A stretch of DNA of 64,000 nucleotides from Octopus vulgaris (lineage: Eukaryota), in the NCBI GenBank assembly GCA_951406725.2, contig OX597817.1:620001-684000 (forward strand). The letters are read 5' to 3'. Positions 1-13,589 of this stretch are shown piece by piece. Position numbers and translations under genes: made by a program. The notes under the pieces were generated by a model. The model worked only from the letters and a program-made list of their open reading frames with translations. It ran no database searches and was not told the DNA's origin. Within the stretch, counting starts at the first letter, position 1; each line of letters opens with the position of its first letter.

Positions 1-251
1 CACATTTCTGTGTGTTCTTTCCTTTTTTAAGATGATAGGGTGTGATTTAAAGATTTGGTTGCTATTTCTAGCAAGTTGAGCAACCAGCTAGATATTCCCA
101 CTTCCAGCCTTTCTACCTCTTATCACTTTACTATAAAATATAGACGGAAATCTTTTGCCCTCACATTCTTACATGCAGGGTCATTCTATCCTATACTCAA
201 ACTATTCTGCCCAATTCATCACTGTTATAATCTGTTGCTCTCTTCCTGCAG

Positions 252-365
252 ATTACTGCCTATTTAACCCGTGCCAAGCCGAATGAGTACTCGAACCAGT
301 ACAGTCGACGTAATAAGCGTAACAGGCCAAACGAGAATGATGACCCTGAGCACACATTTAATGTG
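252..365 (+). CDS. FBXO9: FBXO9 (F-box only protein 9) internal coding exon; gene begins upstream of the window
   Basis: Acceptor tcttcctgcAG (251) and donor GTaggt (366); 114 nt, phase 0, ITAYLTRAKPNEYSNQYSRRNKRNRPNENDDPEHTFNV; splices in frame to 3449. Confidence 0.85.
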
Positions 366-1131
366 GTAGGTCTTCCTTTCTTTCTTTCTTCCTTTCTTTC
401 TTTCTTCCTTTCTTCCTTTCTTTCTTTATTGATATTGCTGTTAGTAAACATTAGTATTTTTGGATACAGATTTTCACTGAACCAGAACTGGTATATTGCA
501 TTCTGAGGGTGAGAGTGAGAAGGGAGTATCTGTAACTCAGGCAAAACAAATATCTCAAGAGACTTTTTTGTAAAGCACCAGTATTTTGAGTTTTTTGCCA
601 ATAATTCTTTGCTGACAGGTACAAGCAAATATATATATATATACATACATACATACATACATACATACACATGCATGTGTATATGTATATTTATATGTTT
701 CTGTGTATGTGTCTGTATCATTATCATCATCTTCGTTTAACATCTGCCTTCCAAGCCGGCATGGGTTGGACTATATATATAATTATTTCACATCTATGTT
801 CCCTGCTGGAAAAGATACTAAAAATTAAAACTACCTGGGCAAACAAGAGGCATGGTTTGTTGCTGCAATGACTCTTAATTCCTACAGATGCTGACACTAC
901 ATAAAAAACCATCTCTGAATCTTTGGCAACACACACATCACCCCCAGAACACTACTACAATATCCTAAAAGCACTATCTCCCACTCAGTCTATGTACACA
1001 TTAGCAACATCCATAGTATCACAGAGATGCACCCCAGCAGCAATAAGTGCAGAGGAACGGCAACTGTCCAGAATGTCCAGGTTTATTAGAAATAGATTGG
1101 ACATTACAATAAATATAATAATCAAATCAAA

Positions 1132-1160
1132 TGACACTTGTGAAGACCTGTTGAGGCAAG

Positions 1161-1212
<52 letters not shown>

Positions 1213-1668
1213 CATAATCAAAAATCAAACCAAATCAAAATAGATGAACATCAATGGAATTTGTATCTTTGTGGTACCAGTGCCAGTGGCACACAAGAAA
1301 ATCATCCGAACGTGGCCATAGCCAGTACCGCATCGACTGGCCTCCGTGCTGTGGGCACGTAAAAACACCATCCGATCGTGGCCGTTCTGCCAGCCTCGTC
1401 TGGCACCTGTGTCGGTGGCACATAAGAAAACACCATCCGAGCGTGGCTGTTCGCCAGCCTCGTCTGGCACCTGTGTCGGTGGCACATAAAATCACCCACT
1501 ACACTCTCGGAGTGGTTGGCGTTAGGAAGGGCATCCAGCTGTAGAAACACTGCCAGATCTGACTGGCCTGGTGCAGCCTTCGGGCTCCCCAGACTCCAGT
1601 TGAACCGTCCAACCCATGCTAGCATGGAAAGCGGACGTTAAATGAGGATGATGATGATGATGATGATG
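1132..1668 (+). mobile_element. 3' end (UTR) of an RTE-clade LINE with internal ~61-bp repeats and (ATG)n tail
   Basis: Same sequence follows the RTE ORF end at 31994-32780; ends in ttaaat(gat)n. Confidence 0.8.
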
Positions 1669-3448
1669 TTGACTGTCATACTGCATCCATTACAATTCAT
1701 TACCTTTTATGTTAGAATGTGCAGCAGTATGGTCGTTGGCTGAATAGAGACATGAAATAACTGAGAAGATTGATTTGTTGTGAGTTGTGTTTAGTTGTTC
1801 AGTAATCCAGCTGTGTGCCATAAGACTGACAGGTCTAGGCAGATCTAAAGAATTCATTACAACACAATGTCTTATCATGCCTGTATCATAGTACTACACA
1901 TCATGTGCTTCAGATCAATGTGGGAGCCTCTACACAGTACTCAGCAAGCTAGAAATAGCTCTCTTCAACCACACAATCCAAGAAAAAACCTATTGGATTG
2001 TGTAGTCACAACTATCCAAGAAGACAGGATGATTATAGCTGGAATGCTTTTGGTCATACTTCTGCTCAGTCAGAGATGACCTTGGGCTAAACAACACCTT
2101 ACAAGCCAACAATGGAGCTTTTACATATCACTCAACTCACTAGAAATAGCAGTTGTAGCTTCCTCAAATTACACCCAGCTGTCTTAAAAAGGACTGTTTT
2201 CTTTTTTACCATTTAGTCTTAGAGGAAAGGACAGCAACTATTACTTATACTTTTTTTCAGGGCCTTTGAGATTAGTATAAGGAAAGGAGAAAGTTGTCCT
2301 CAAATCAGAGATCTGACCCAAATACTTACAACAGAGTGAATATTACTAATGGCATCAAAGGTGACAGTGTTAAATCAAGCGATGGATTGAATCCACTGCT
2401 AAGAAAGGAGAAGAAAAACTGCCCCAGGCAACTCTTCTGATGCTCTGATAATTTGATTGACAAAAACTGTACAGAAACTTGTCATATATGTCTATGTCAT
2501 CCTGATAATTTATTTACAAGTTCGATCTGACCATACAGACATATCAAATGTATTCCAATCATTACCATTCTATCTTTTCAAACAATATACTTAGGACTAC
2601 ATTAATCAAGGTGTCTTTCCTTCTGTAAGACAATAGGGTCTAATTTGAGGGAGGTTTGGCTGCTATTTTTAGCATGTAGAGGCTTCGTCATTAGTTTGTG
2701 TCTCTGATTGTGTATGCCACAGAATATCCCTTTCTACCAAAAGGTTACTAAGCTGTTTGATAGAGATTGGTAAGTATGTGACTAAAATAGCTGACTGTGT
2801 CAAAATGATCAATAATTAAAAAAAAAAAGGCCTTTGAAAATGGTGCCACTGCTTGACTGCAGTCCAATGACTATAACTAGTATATAACTAGTATATAAAT
2901 AAAATCATGAATAACAACCAGATTGCCACCAAATTACACCCTAAATGTTAAATGATGTCATGGGTTTTGTGCATCCAATTTGTTGCACCCTTTTTGGACA
3001 ATGGTCCTCATCAAGGAAACTACAAGGGACCAGGAGATTTGGTGATTTACTGTACTTGATAAGATACATCAAGCTAAGTAAAATCGCCATCTTCCACACA
3101 TCCAAGTTTGTCCTTTCAGGTGCCGGTGCCACATAAAGTGCACCCATGCCAGTGGCACGTAAAAAGCACCCAGTGCCACTCTGTAGAGTGGTGAGCATCC
3201 AGCTGTGTCACAACTATGTCACAACAGACAATTGGAGTCAGCTAGTCAGCTCCATGTCAAACCACCCAACCCATGCCAGCATGGATAGTGCAAGTTAAAT
3301 GATGATGATAGTGTAATTTGAGGGAAATTTGTGGGCTATTTCTTGTCAGCTGAGCTACTATGTAGAGGTTCTCTCATTAGATAATTTATATTGTATTTGT
3401 ATACAATAACAATAAACTAATTTCATATTCCTTGTTCTTCCATTACAG

Positions 3449-3528
3449 GAGTTTGGGTTACAGTCAGCTGGGCGGCGTAAATTTGCAAAACTGATATGGC
3501 GCCATTATTCTTTGCATACATTCTACAA
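3449..3528 (+). CDS. FBXO9: FBXO9 penultimate coding exon
   Basis: Acceptor cattacAG and donor GTaagt; EFGLQSAGRRKFAKLIWRHYSLHTFY(K), which matches the remembered vertebrate FBXO9 segment [27 protein letters not shown]. Confidence 0.92.
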
Positions 3529-3834
3529 GTAAGTACAATTGAACAGTTCTGCTAGGGAAGTGATATCCCATAGCTATTGCTGTTTTTCTCCAATTCTGCT
3601 CTGATGAAGCACACCTATAATCACAGCATTAATATTTTTTTTTTTTAATTGAGAATTATTATTTTTGGAAATTCATAATCAGTGTTAACTTATTTAATGT
3701 GGAGAGAATTTTTAAAAAGTAATTAGGAATAATTAATCCGTGAAGAAAAGGTTCTGTTAACATTTGGTTGTGCTGATTTGAACATTTCTCTAATGAGTTT
3801 TTGCTATTGATATTTCTCATCTATATTATTAGAA

Positions 3835-4391
3835 CACCATTGAGACAAATAGGGAAGTTTAGGTATCTCAGGGCCATTTTTTTGAGTGATGCTAGAATTG
3901 CAGGTGCTGGTACAGAAATGTGCCAGTTTTAGCATTCAGTCCTAAAGGATAGGTTGGTAAGAAAGCTTCAGTTTAGTTTTCTTGCCTTTCCTCACTTCTG
4001 GTCATGAATATTGTGTAATGACTAAAAGAGTATGATCACAAGTGGACAAAATAGGATTCCTGTGGAAGATCTCTAGAAGAAAATTACTCAACTGGATGTG
4101 TAGCTCAAAGATCAAGGAGTCTCCCCATTCAAGCCACTTGTTCTCCAGATTGAAAGATTACATCTCTGGTACAATGGACATGTGATTAAAGTGTCTCAGG
4201 AAAGAAATCCAGTGGGTAGACCAAGAATGAGATGGCTAGATAATGTCCATAGTTTCAATTGGCCATGCCTGGGAATCCATCTAGAAAGTCTAATGACAGT
4301 TGCTTCTTATAGAGCCCTATGGAGGAGGTGTCTGACGATTCTACCCCAACAACCCTCCCAGGAATATTGAACAGAGAAGATGGATGGATGG
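3835..4391 (+). mobile_element. Degenerate 3' fragment of an RTE-clade LINE (Rex3/Expander-like) in FBXO9 intron
   Basis: Remnant peptides FRYL.. and GRPRMRWLDNV..W..LGI..E.L..VA..R..W...L..LP; (GATG)n tail. Confidence 0.6.
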
Positions 4392-4437
4392 ATATTTCTT
4401 GTATGATTTGCATTTTTCTTTTCTCTTTTTTTTTCAG

Positions 4438-4552
4438 ATCCAGTAATAGAGAAACAGTTACAGATTTTGACCTTAATGAGCAGAATTACCCTCCGCTGTA
4501 TTTCTCACGAGTGAAAAGCTACAGCACCTATGCCGTGAAACCTCTCCAATGA
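4438..4552 (+). CDS. FBXO9: FBXO9 last coding exon
   Basis: Long polypyrimidine acceptor, phase 2 consistent with the previous exon; SSNRETVTDFDLNEQNYPPLYFSRVKSYSTYAVKPLQ* resembles the FBXO9 C-terminus (..[20 protein letters not shown]). Confidence 0.92.
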
Positions 4553-5107
4553 GGGATATATTGTTTGCTCATTTGCCCTTTGAAGGTTCTGTGCAAAGCT
4601 GGTGGCATTGGACTCTCAATGATTTCATTTGTAGAACTGCTTTTTTTTTGCTTTTTTTTACTTTTTTGTATTTTTAAATATTTATTTATATTATCTCTTT
4701 TAATTATTTTTGTTTTTGTTTTTGCTAATATTTCATTGGAAACCATCTGTAATTAGGTTGGCTTTGTACTAATATTTTGTTAAGTATTTTTTCTAACTTC
4801 TTTAAAAACATTAATTTTTCTGCTTTTTGACTTTGATCTCAATATCCATTGAACCCATTCAATGTAGCAAATCTTTCAGTCCTAACCCCATTTCGTTTGC
4901 TCTTCCTTTAGCGGAGAGATTACTTTCGAGTTAGTTGCGATTTTTCTTGTTTCATTTCTGTGTTTGATTCTCTTTTTTTTTCATATATTTTTTTTTTCTA
5001 TACTTTTGTTGTTTTTTTTTTTTATCTTAATTTTTATCAGTAAATTGATTAATTATATTTTGGGGGTCATTTCCTTTTGAAATTTTAGTGTGAACTGATG
5101 AAACTGA

Positions 5108-5113
5108 AATAAA
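5108..5113 (+). terminator. Probable polyadenylation signal of FBXO9
   Basis: AATAAA at the end of a ~550-nt U-rich region following the stop codon. Confidence 0.5.
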
Positions 5114-6473
5114 AGAATTTAAACGTCCTAAAATGTAATGACCTTTCTGAAAACTTATTATCTCAGGATTTATTAGTTGAGATCTTATTCTAAAATGCTT
5201 TACTATGTTAATTTAGTAGAGCTAATTCATTATTATTATTATTGTTATTAATTGCTTTGTCATAATCTCGTTGCAAAAGGCGTGAATGTCTCAATTTTCC
5301 TTGAAACAATTGTACCTTAAACATCTGAAGCTTTATGCCTAAGTAAATAAAAACCCTCCTCATCATCATCATAATTATTATTATTATTGTGGCTAGTATT
5401 GTGACATTGTGGCAAGTTCTCGGCAACCAAATCAACAGATTTGGTTTCAATTCCTTATTGGAACTGCTTCACATAGCTAATGCCCATTCAGAAAGACATG
5501 TGTGCATATGTGTATGTATGTATGTATATATATATAAATTTATATTCAGGGCAAGCGAGTAAGTACACAGGCTTAGCTACATGCTGAAAGAAGATGCCAA
5601 ATGGCTCTAAACTACCTTGAATATCACAATAAACACATGCTGAGCTTGGGGAAATAAATGAAAAAGATTCATGAAAAGGTTCAATTACATATCAATTGAT
5701 TTCAGGATTGTGGGAAATATATCTATAGCTATATATATACACACACATACACGTCTTTCTCAAATTTGTGACTTCATGCCTAAGTAAGAAATTCTCATTA
5801 TCACCATTATTTTTGACAGTAATTGTTGTTGTCATTTATTATTATTATTATTATTATTAAATTATCATCATCATCATCACTATTCTCTATGTAAATCTGG
5901 AGTGAAAAATTGTGCTCAGCATAAATATATCAGTAAAACCACAATTGCTATTTTTCTTTCTTTCTTTTAATTCTTCTTTCCCTGTTTTTCTATTTCAGGT
6001 GTCAATACATCAATACATCAATACCTGTCTGACCTGATCTCTTGGGGTGGTGATACTGTCTGTTGTGCCACCAGATTTATCTGGTGGATCACTTACGTGA
6101 TATGTAAACAGCTGTGTGTGGTGGATGAGCACAAGACATTTAGGTGTCTGTAGTGGATCAGCTGGTACAAACAGTGTATGTGACAGATTATCTGATGGAT
6201 CATCTGTACAGTCAGTGAATGTGATAGATTAACTGTGTAGGCAAGCATCGGTGAGTGTATAGAGGGATGTTTATGGTCAGTCAGATATCTGCAATAGATG
6301 AATTGTGTACAGTGATGAATTAGCTGCACAAGAGAGCCACCCTCTACCGAGCTTTTAATGTTGGAATGCGATTTAAGTTGGTTTTGATTGAGTAGACATG
6401 TAATCAAAAGTATACCAACGACGACCATACTGCCATTACTTTAGGCACAATGTATCTAAGACTACAGCTGATC

Positions 6474-6511
<38 letters not shown>

Positions 6512-8544
6512 AGTGGGTGAGAGCAAATAAGCTCTGTATAGATAACACAGTAGTGCTCCATGCAAATATATGTCTCAAACCTAACTGTGTTTATTTACTA
6601 CATTTCTCTTTCCCCGCTTCTCATATATATATGTATGTGTGTATTATATATACATCCACACACACAAATAGATAGAGGGACAGACAGACATGAAATAGAA
6701 AGATTTGAGGGATATTTAACTGAAATTTCTAGCAGAGCCAATCGTTGTGTAGAGTCTGTTTCATTGACTCTTGAGCTGGAGGCTTTACTTTGGAATCAGC
6801 AGTGATTCCAATAGAATGAGAGAATCAGCACTTCTTTTTTTTTGCTGACCTTTTATCAAAGACTCAGTAGGATTTCTTTCCAGCAGGGTGAACTGAGAAT
6901 TGTGGATTTAAGATATTCCGTCTGTGCATGCATGCATGCGTATGTGTGATTTGAATTTTCAGATCCAGTAAGTTATTGAAAGAAGTAACTCTTTGACTAT
7001 CTTTTAAGTTGAGTAATGGAAGCTATCACCTGATCCAAATATATCCATCAAGTGGAGTCTTAGCATTAATTCTTTTAAAGTGGCTCAAGCTATAACCAAA
7101 GGACTTTTAACAGAGGTAGATTTTAGTTGAAACTGCTTAGTTTCCCCACATGATAATGCATTCCTTCTCTTACTACACCATTTCTCAGATGGTTACATCT
7201 GTCTTCTGATCATATTCCACTATTTTTAAGAGGATTTATTGGATATTTTAGTCTGAGATAATCTATGTCCATAAAGATGAAATGCTCTCAACTTGATTGT
7301 CTTTTATTGTAGGTCTGCTAGGTGAAACTTAATCTGAGTTAAACAACAATAATCAAACAGTCAGAACTGCCATCTATTTTATGGTTTAGTCACACATTTC
7401 TCCTATCATTTCCCAGGTGAATACAACCTGTCATTAGCTTTGAGGAGAGAGGCTAGTGATCCTTGATGAACCTATTATGAAAGACAAAGCAAGTTAGTTC
7501 AATCCTCATTCCAAGCTACTGAAACCCTGCAGTTTAACTACAGCCTTATTCTGGCAAGCTGAGGAGGGAGCCCCTACATGGTGGCTTGATCTGCTACAAA
7601 TCAGTCACACCTCATTATATGAAAAAAAATGTATTCTTTTTTTTTTTTGCTAAGTTTTTAATGGTCTGATATGAAGAAATGGCCTTTGTAAATCCTCTTG
7701 GACCTGTAGCATCAATGTAGTTAATGTTCCCCTTAAATAAGTTATAACTGATCGTCAATTTAAAGCCAATGATAGCTTTTAATTAGCAGAAATTGTGTCA
7801 GGCAATCATTAGTCTATCTGTGCTTTCTTGATGGAGACAAATTTAGTCAATGTTGTGACAATCTACTGTACCATTTGACAGTGAAGTAATTGGGTGTAAT
7901 GTACCCAGGATGTTGATGATAAAATAGCAGTGGTACCCAAGATGATTGTGGGTATCGAATTGTTGTAACCTTCTGTCATCAGAGCTACGTAGAGTATACA
8001 ACACACTTCCACTTGTCCTGCTGATTCGGGGCTTTTACTGTAACCCTGGCATAGAGTACTAGAATGTTAGTACTTGCCTCTAGTGTTACTTTAATTCTCC
8101 ATATCACAGATTGACTCCAAAGAGTATCCTGCACTATACCCAAAAGTATATAGCTTCCAAAAAACAAGGGCAGAGAGCTGATGTTCTGGAAACAGAAGAC
8201 TGAGCATAATAATTAGTGTCAAACCTGAGGAGCTGGTCACCAGATGAGTGGAGAGATAATTGAGACAGGAGTCCCTTAGTGGAGATGACACATGATCAGT
8301 AAGACCCAGAAGCAGAAGCTACTGTAGTGATGGTCGAAGTAAAGAAGACAAAAACTGTTGGAGAGCAAACTCCTGTTATACAGTTTGGTGACCTTTAATC
8401 TGCATTGATGATGCAGTTTCAAATGTTTCTATGTGTAGTGCTCCATCATGGGCCTCACCTGTGCTGGTAGAGAATTATAATTTTGAGCTGAAATATTTTG
8501 GAAGGAGTTCAATGCTCTGTTTAGTTGTGCAGTACTACTAGCAG

Positions 8545-8883
8545 GCGCATGGCTCAGTGGTTAGAGCGTCAAGCTTACGATCGTGAGGTTGTGAGCTCGA
8601 ATCCCGGACCGGGCTGCGTGTTGTGTTCTTGAGCAAGGCACTTTATTTCACGTTGCTCCAGTTCACTCAGCTGTAGAAATGAGTTGCGACATCACTGGTG
8701 CCAAGCTGTATCGGCCCCTTTGCCGTTCCCTTGGATAACACTGGTGGCAGGGAGAGAGGAGGCTGGTATGCATGGGCAACTGCTGGTCTTCCATAAACAA
8801 CCTCACCCGGACTTGTGTCTAGGAGGGTAACTTTCTAGGTGCAATCCCATGGTCATTCATGACCGAAGGGGGTCTTTACCCTT
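8545..8883 (+). mobile_element. tRNA-derived SINE, family A, full length with target-site duplication
   Basis: A box tggctcagtggttaga, B-box-like gagctcgaatcc; TSD tactactagcagg at 8533-8545 and 8884-8896; other copies at ~13590 and ~46652. Confidence 0.85.
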
Positions 8884-9459
8884 TACTACTAGCAGGATAC
8901 TCATTGAAAACTCTTCTGTAGTTGCTTTACTAAAGGCTAAGTTGACCTTGGCAAGATTTGAACTCAAAATATAAAGAGTGAACTTGGCAAATCTTGCCAC
9001 GGTCAACTTAGCCTTTTATCTTACTATGTCAGTAAATTAAAGTATCATTCAAATAGTAAAATTCAATTTATATTCCTACAAAGCTTTCAAGAATTATATT
9101 ACAAGACATCAACACTTCTCTCTTCAAGATTCTTATCTACAAGTTTTGGAATAAATGGCAACCTACTTCCTTAAAACTGCCTTCAAAATAACCAACAATA
9201 TTTATAAGCAATTAATAGTCGAACCAATGAAGGAGTCTATCTTGCCATTCAGCCGGTCAAATACCCCCAAATCCCAGCATTCTACCTTAACCCCGTTGCT
9301 GTGGAAACCACGTCTTGTCCACTCAAAATTTCATTACTCTTAACTGAAAAGCAGTTTTATACACCAGTCTGTCTTTTGCTGAGGAATGTCATATTTGGAA
9401 CTTTTTTTTTTTTTGCAGATAAATTAACATCATTATTGGAATAACCATGAAGTTTAATT

Positions 9460-9970
9460 TTTAAGTTAAAGGGTTAAAAAAATGAAGGGTACATTGGATA
9501 TACTTTTGAGAAAAAAAAAAGGCTGGAAAGTTCATGGACAGAACATCTTCAATCATTGATCAGGGTTGACCTGAGACTAAATAAAAATGAGCTAAGAGTC
9601 TTTTATGCAGTCACTCAACCTTTAGAAAGAGCAACCAAATCTCATTTACCATCTTGTAAATTTAAGGATATATTGGATAATCCAGGAATTGTTATGATTC
9701 TAAAAAAGATTACTGTTGGAACCTCTTTAATTATGAGTCTTTTTGATAAAGGCTGACCTGATGCTAAACTAAAATGAGCCAATAATGAAGTCTTTATGCA
9801 GTCATTTGAGCTTCAGAAATAGCAGCCAAATCACACATCTTTAAAAAAGAGGAAGGAAACTGGATAATGTAATAAATATGCTATTACATTATCTGTGTGA
9901 GAAGTAAATGTGATTACCTTGGCTGGAATACCTTTGATCATATAGGTATGCCTTTTACAGAGTTAACTTT
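9460..9970 (+). repeat. Tandem diverged copies of an abundant ~180-200-bp dispersed repeat
   Basis: Recurring motif agaaatagcagccaaatc...ggataatgt...ggctggaat..ctttgatcat...gctgacct; related pieces at 1-90, 1920-2190, 2560-2690, 15270-15340, 48530-48660. Confidence 0.55.
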
Positions 9971-10119
9971 TTTGCAACCCATTTGGGCCAAGCCCCTCTT
10001 TTAAGGATAATTTCCTACCATCCATCAGCTGCAAAGGCCCTCAAAAAAAAAAAAAAAAGGGGTTATATCTAGTGCTCTTCCTTCTTTGACTAAGTCATTA
10101 AAAAACGTGATCAGCATTA

Positions 10120-12260
10120 GTGAGAGCTGATGCAGGAGCTAGAGAGGGAAAGTTGGAATTGGTGAGTGGCACAGAGCAAATGTGTGGAGGGTGTCCTGAG
10201 TGGCACAGAGCAAATCTGTGGATGGTGTCCTGAGTGGCACAGAGCAAATCTGTGGATGGTGTAAAAGTCCCACCACCACATTACCCTAGGGTAATGTGGT
10301 GGTAGAATGATGCAGTAGACAGGGCCATTAGAGCTAAGAAACAAGGCTGGAAGAATGGGGGTTGCAGGGAACTGTATCAGATTGCCAGAAGGGATGCTAA
10401 GAGATGTATATCTAACCAAGGGAGAAGCAGAAAAAAAGTTTGCCTATGTTCAGCAACATGATCACCAAAGAACTGAAGTGTTTCAGATTGCAAGACAGTG
10501 TGTGAGAGAAAATTGTTGTCATAGGAGAGACATGTGCCTGTATGGATGAGGGTGCACTTGATTTTTGGATGGGAGGAGGAGAGTCTGCCAAATGTTGACC
10601 TAATCGAAAGATCAGCTACCCAAATTGACAGTTGCATAGTAGATAAAGCAATTAAGGATATGAAGACAGGAAAAGCCCACAGACTCATCAGGAATCACTG
10701 TTGAGATGCTTAAAATATCTGGTGGTGTGGGTTACGGTCTAGTCTCCTGTATTGTAAATCAGGTGGTTCACAAAGGAGTCATACCCAATGACTGGTGTAG
10801 TAGCACCATAGTCAACTGCTACAAAGGTGAAGGCAATGTCTTAGAAATAATTACGGAGGTATCAAATTGCTGGATCAGGTGATGAAAGTTACAGAGAGAG
10901 TCATAGTCCAGCTAATTAGGGAGAAAGTTAGGTGAGATGAGATGCAGTTTGGTTTTGTGTCAAGTAGAAGCACTACTGGTGCCATATTTCTGGTAAGGCA
11001 GCTGCAGGAGAAAACCTTGCCAAAGATAAACCTCTGTATTTGGCCATTGTTGGCTTGAAGACAGCCTTTGACAGGGTCCCCTAATCCCTTATCTGGTGGT
11101 CAATGCAGAAATTAGGGATTGATGAGTGGTTCATGAGAGTTGTACAAGCTATGTACAGAGATGCTACCAGTAAGGTGAGAGTTGGTAATGAGTACAGCAA
11201 AGAATTCAGGGTACAAGTAGGGGTTCACCAAGGATCAGTGCTTAGCCCCCTCATATTCATCAAAGTCCTCCAGGCAATAACAAAAGAATTCAAGACATGC
11301 TGCCCATGGAAGCTTCTCTACACTGATGACCTTGCTCTTATAGCCAGATCACTACCTGATCTAGAGAAGTTCCAGGTATGGAAGCAAAGGGCTGATTTTG
11401 AGTTAACCTAGAGTTAACCTTAGAGTTAACCTAGCAAAAACCAAAGTCTTAGTAAGAAGGTAGACAAATCACAAATCCCTTCAGGTAGATGGCCCTGCTT
11501 GATCTGTAGAAAAGGTGTTGGTAGAAACTATAAGATGTACCTGGTGTAAGCTTTGGACACATAAAAGGTGCAACAATATCAGAGGAAGGTGAACATGGAA
11601 ACTAGCTTTTGTATGTGGAAGATGCACAGGTACAATAAATGCTGAAAATGTGCAGAAAATAGACTCCATCAAACTGCCGGGGTGGGGGGTCAAGCTAGAG
11701 TTAGATATTATCTAGGTGATCAAGTTAGTAGTGGAGGTGGATGCTCGGAGAGCGTAACTGCGAATAAGATTAGGCAAAGCAAAGTTCAGAGAGCTGCTAC
11801 TCTTGCTGAGGTGCTGAAGCATGATCTTTGAGCCTCACAGGGGCAATGACTGGTGACTGAGATTTTTGGCAATGTGCTGTGCTTGAGAGGTCCCGTCAAG
11901 CCAAGTGAAATCATAGTCATGGTAACTGGCATGTAAAGAACACCTTTGAGCCTCACAGAGGCAAAGTGGCTGAGTTCCTTTTGAGTGTTGAGCCTCATAG
12001 AGGCAATGACTAAGACCTTTGGCATTATGTCGTGCTTGAGAAGAAGACCCATCAAGCCAAGCAAAATCAGTCGTGGCAGATACCAGTGTCACTGAAATGT
12101 TATGTAAAAGCACCCATTACACTCTCAGAGTGGTTGGTGTTAGGAAGGGCATCCAGCCATAAAAAACCATGCCAAATCAGACCGGAGTGTGGTGCAGCCT
12201 TCCAGTGTGCCAGCCCAGTCAAACCATCCAACCTATGGATGTTAAATGATGAGGATGATG
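10120..12260 (+). mobile_element. Degenerate RTE-clade LINE (reverse transcriptase region plus 3' tail)
   Basis: ORF 11103-11411 has RT motifs GVHQGSVLSPL and YTDD; stops and frameshifts; Cys-rich segment; (GAT)n tail near 12250. Confidence 0.85.
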
Positions 12261-13589
12261 TATTAATGTGTCACTGTTCTCTGCAGAGCACTGAGCAGCC
12301 GTCATGATGGCATTTTGATGCCTAGCACAAATCATCATAATATAAAATCAGTGCTCCAAATTTGTTTTTTCACTTGCGGTACACTTCAAAATTCGGCAGC
12401 ACACCTGAACTAAAAGCATAGAGAAAAAAATTGCTTTGGTTACTCTGCAACATACCTAGCATCACCTCGTGACACATAAGTGTGTCACAGTATACTGGTT
12501 GCAGAGCAGATATAGATCCCACTTTTCCAATATTCAGATAGCTTCCACATCAGCTGACTGTTCATCAATACATCAAGCTTTGCCTGAAAAGGAGAGACAT
12601 AAAAATCAAACTTAGCCTAAGAAACCCTGCACTTGATGGATGTTAAAACTGTATTGTTTGGGAAGTAGCTTGAACTGACAAAGCCTATACTTGTTGATTG
12701 ATGTTAACCCTTCCATTAATTGTGGTGTGTGAGAGGACCTTATATGGATGAATTGTGTGCCATGCCTGCTAATACTAAGAAAACTATGGACTCAACCATC
12801 ACATGGAAAACATTACAATGCAAACAACAATCAAAAATAAACTGTGTACCTCTCCAAATGTAGACACAGCCAAGATATTACTATGGATCAAATGAAATTT
12901 GTTGAGGCAGATTTTCCATGGCAGAATGCTCTTCCTATTGTCAACTTCACTTGTTTCAAAGCAAGGTAACATTTCCTCATGGCTGAGCATATTTTTCATG
13001 AAAGATTGGAAATGCTTGTACAATGGTGACACTTATGTACTACTATACACTTGTGTACAATATGAAGACATAAAAACACACATATTTATACACATTCAAA
13101 AAATACATACTTACACACACAGCAAGCTTCTTTCACTTTCTGTCAACCATATCAACACACAAGGCTTTAGTTAGCCAGGTGTTATAGTAAAAGATACCTA
13201 CACAAGATGCCACATAACGGGACTGAACCTAAAATCATACGCTTGGGAAGCAAACTTCTAAACCTCACAGCCACATACAATCATAAAGTTGAACAATATG
13301 ACATCAGGGTTTCAGTCAAATAGATACTTCAAGCAGAGCTTAGTAGGTGAACACTTTCACTAAAGTCAATCAACCTGCTAGAAGCCAAACTCCCCATCAA
13401 ATTGCACCCTATTGTTTAACAAAGGAAGGATACTTTGATGATTGGTTGACTCAATCAGGGCTAAATAAAACGTCAATCCATTCCACCTCTGAGTCATTAC
13501 CACTGCTGCCGCCTTTGAGCATCTTTCATCTTCAGACTAAACTATAAATCATGAATGTATTACATATAGCCAAGGTATTACATATGGTG

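Noticed and set aside
260-730. 156-aa minus-strand ORF
   Set aside because: Antisense to a real FBXO9 exon and otherwise made of (CTTT)n and (TA/CA)n microsatellites.
8545-8620. tRNA genes (also at 24221 and 46652)
   Set aside because: They are tRNA-derived SINE heads that continue into SINE bodies, one with a TSD; no complete cloverleaf or oligo-T terminator seen.
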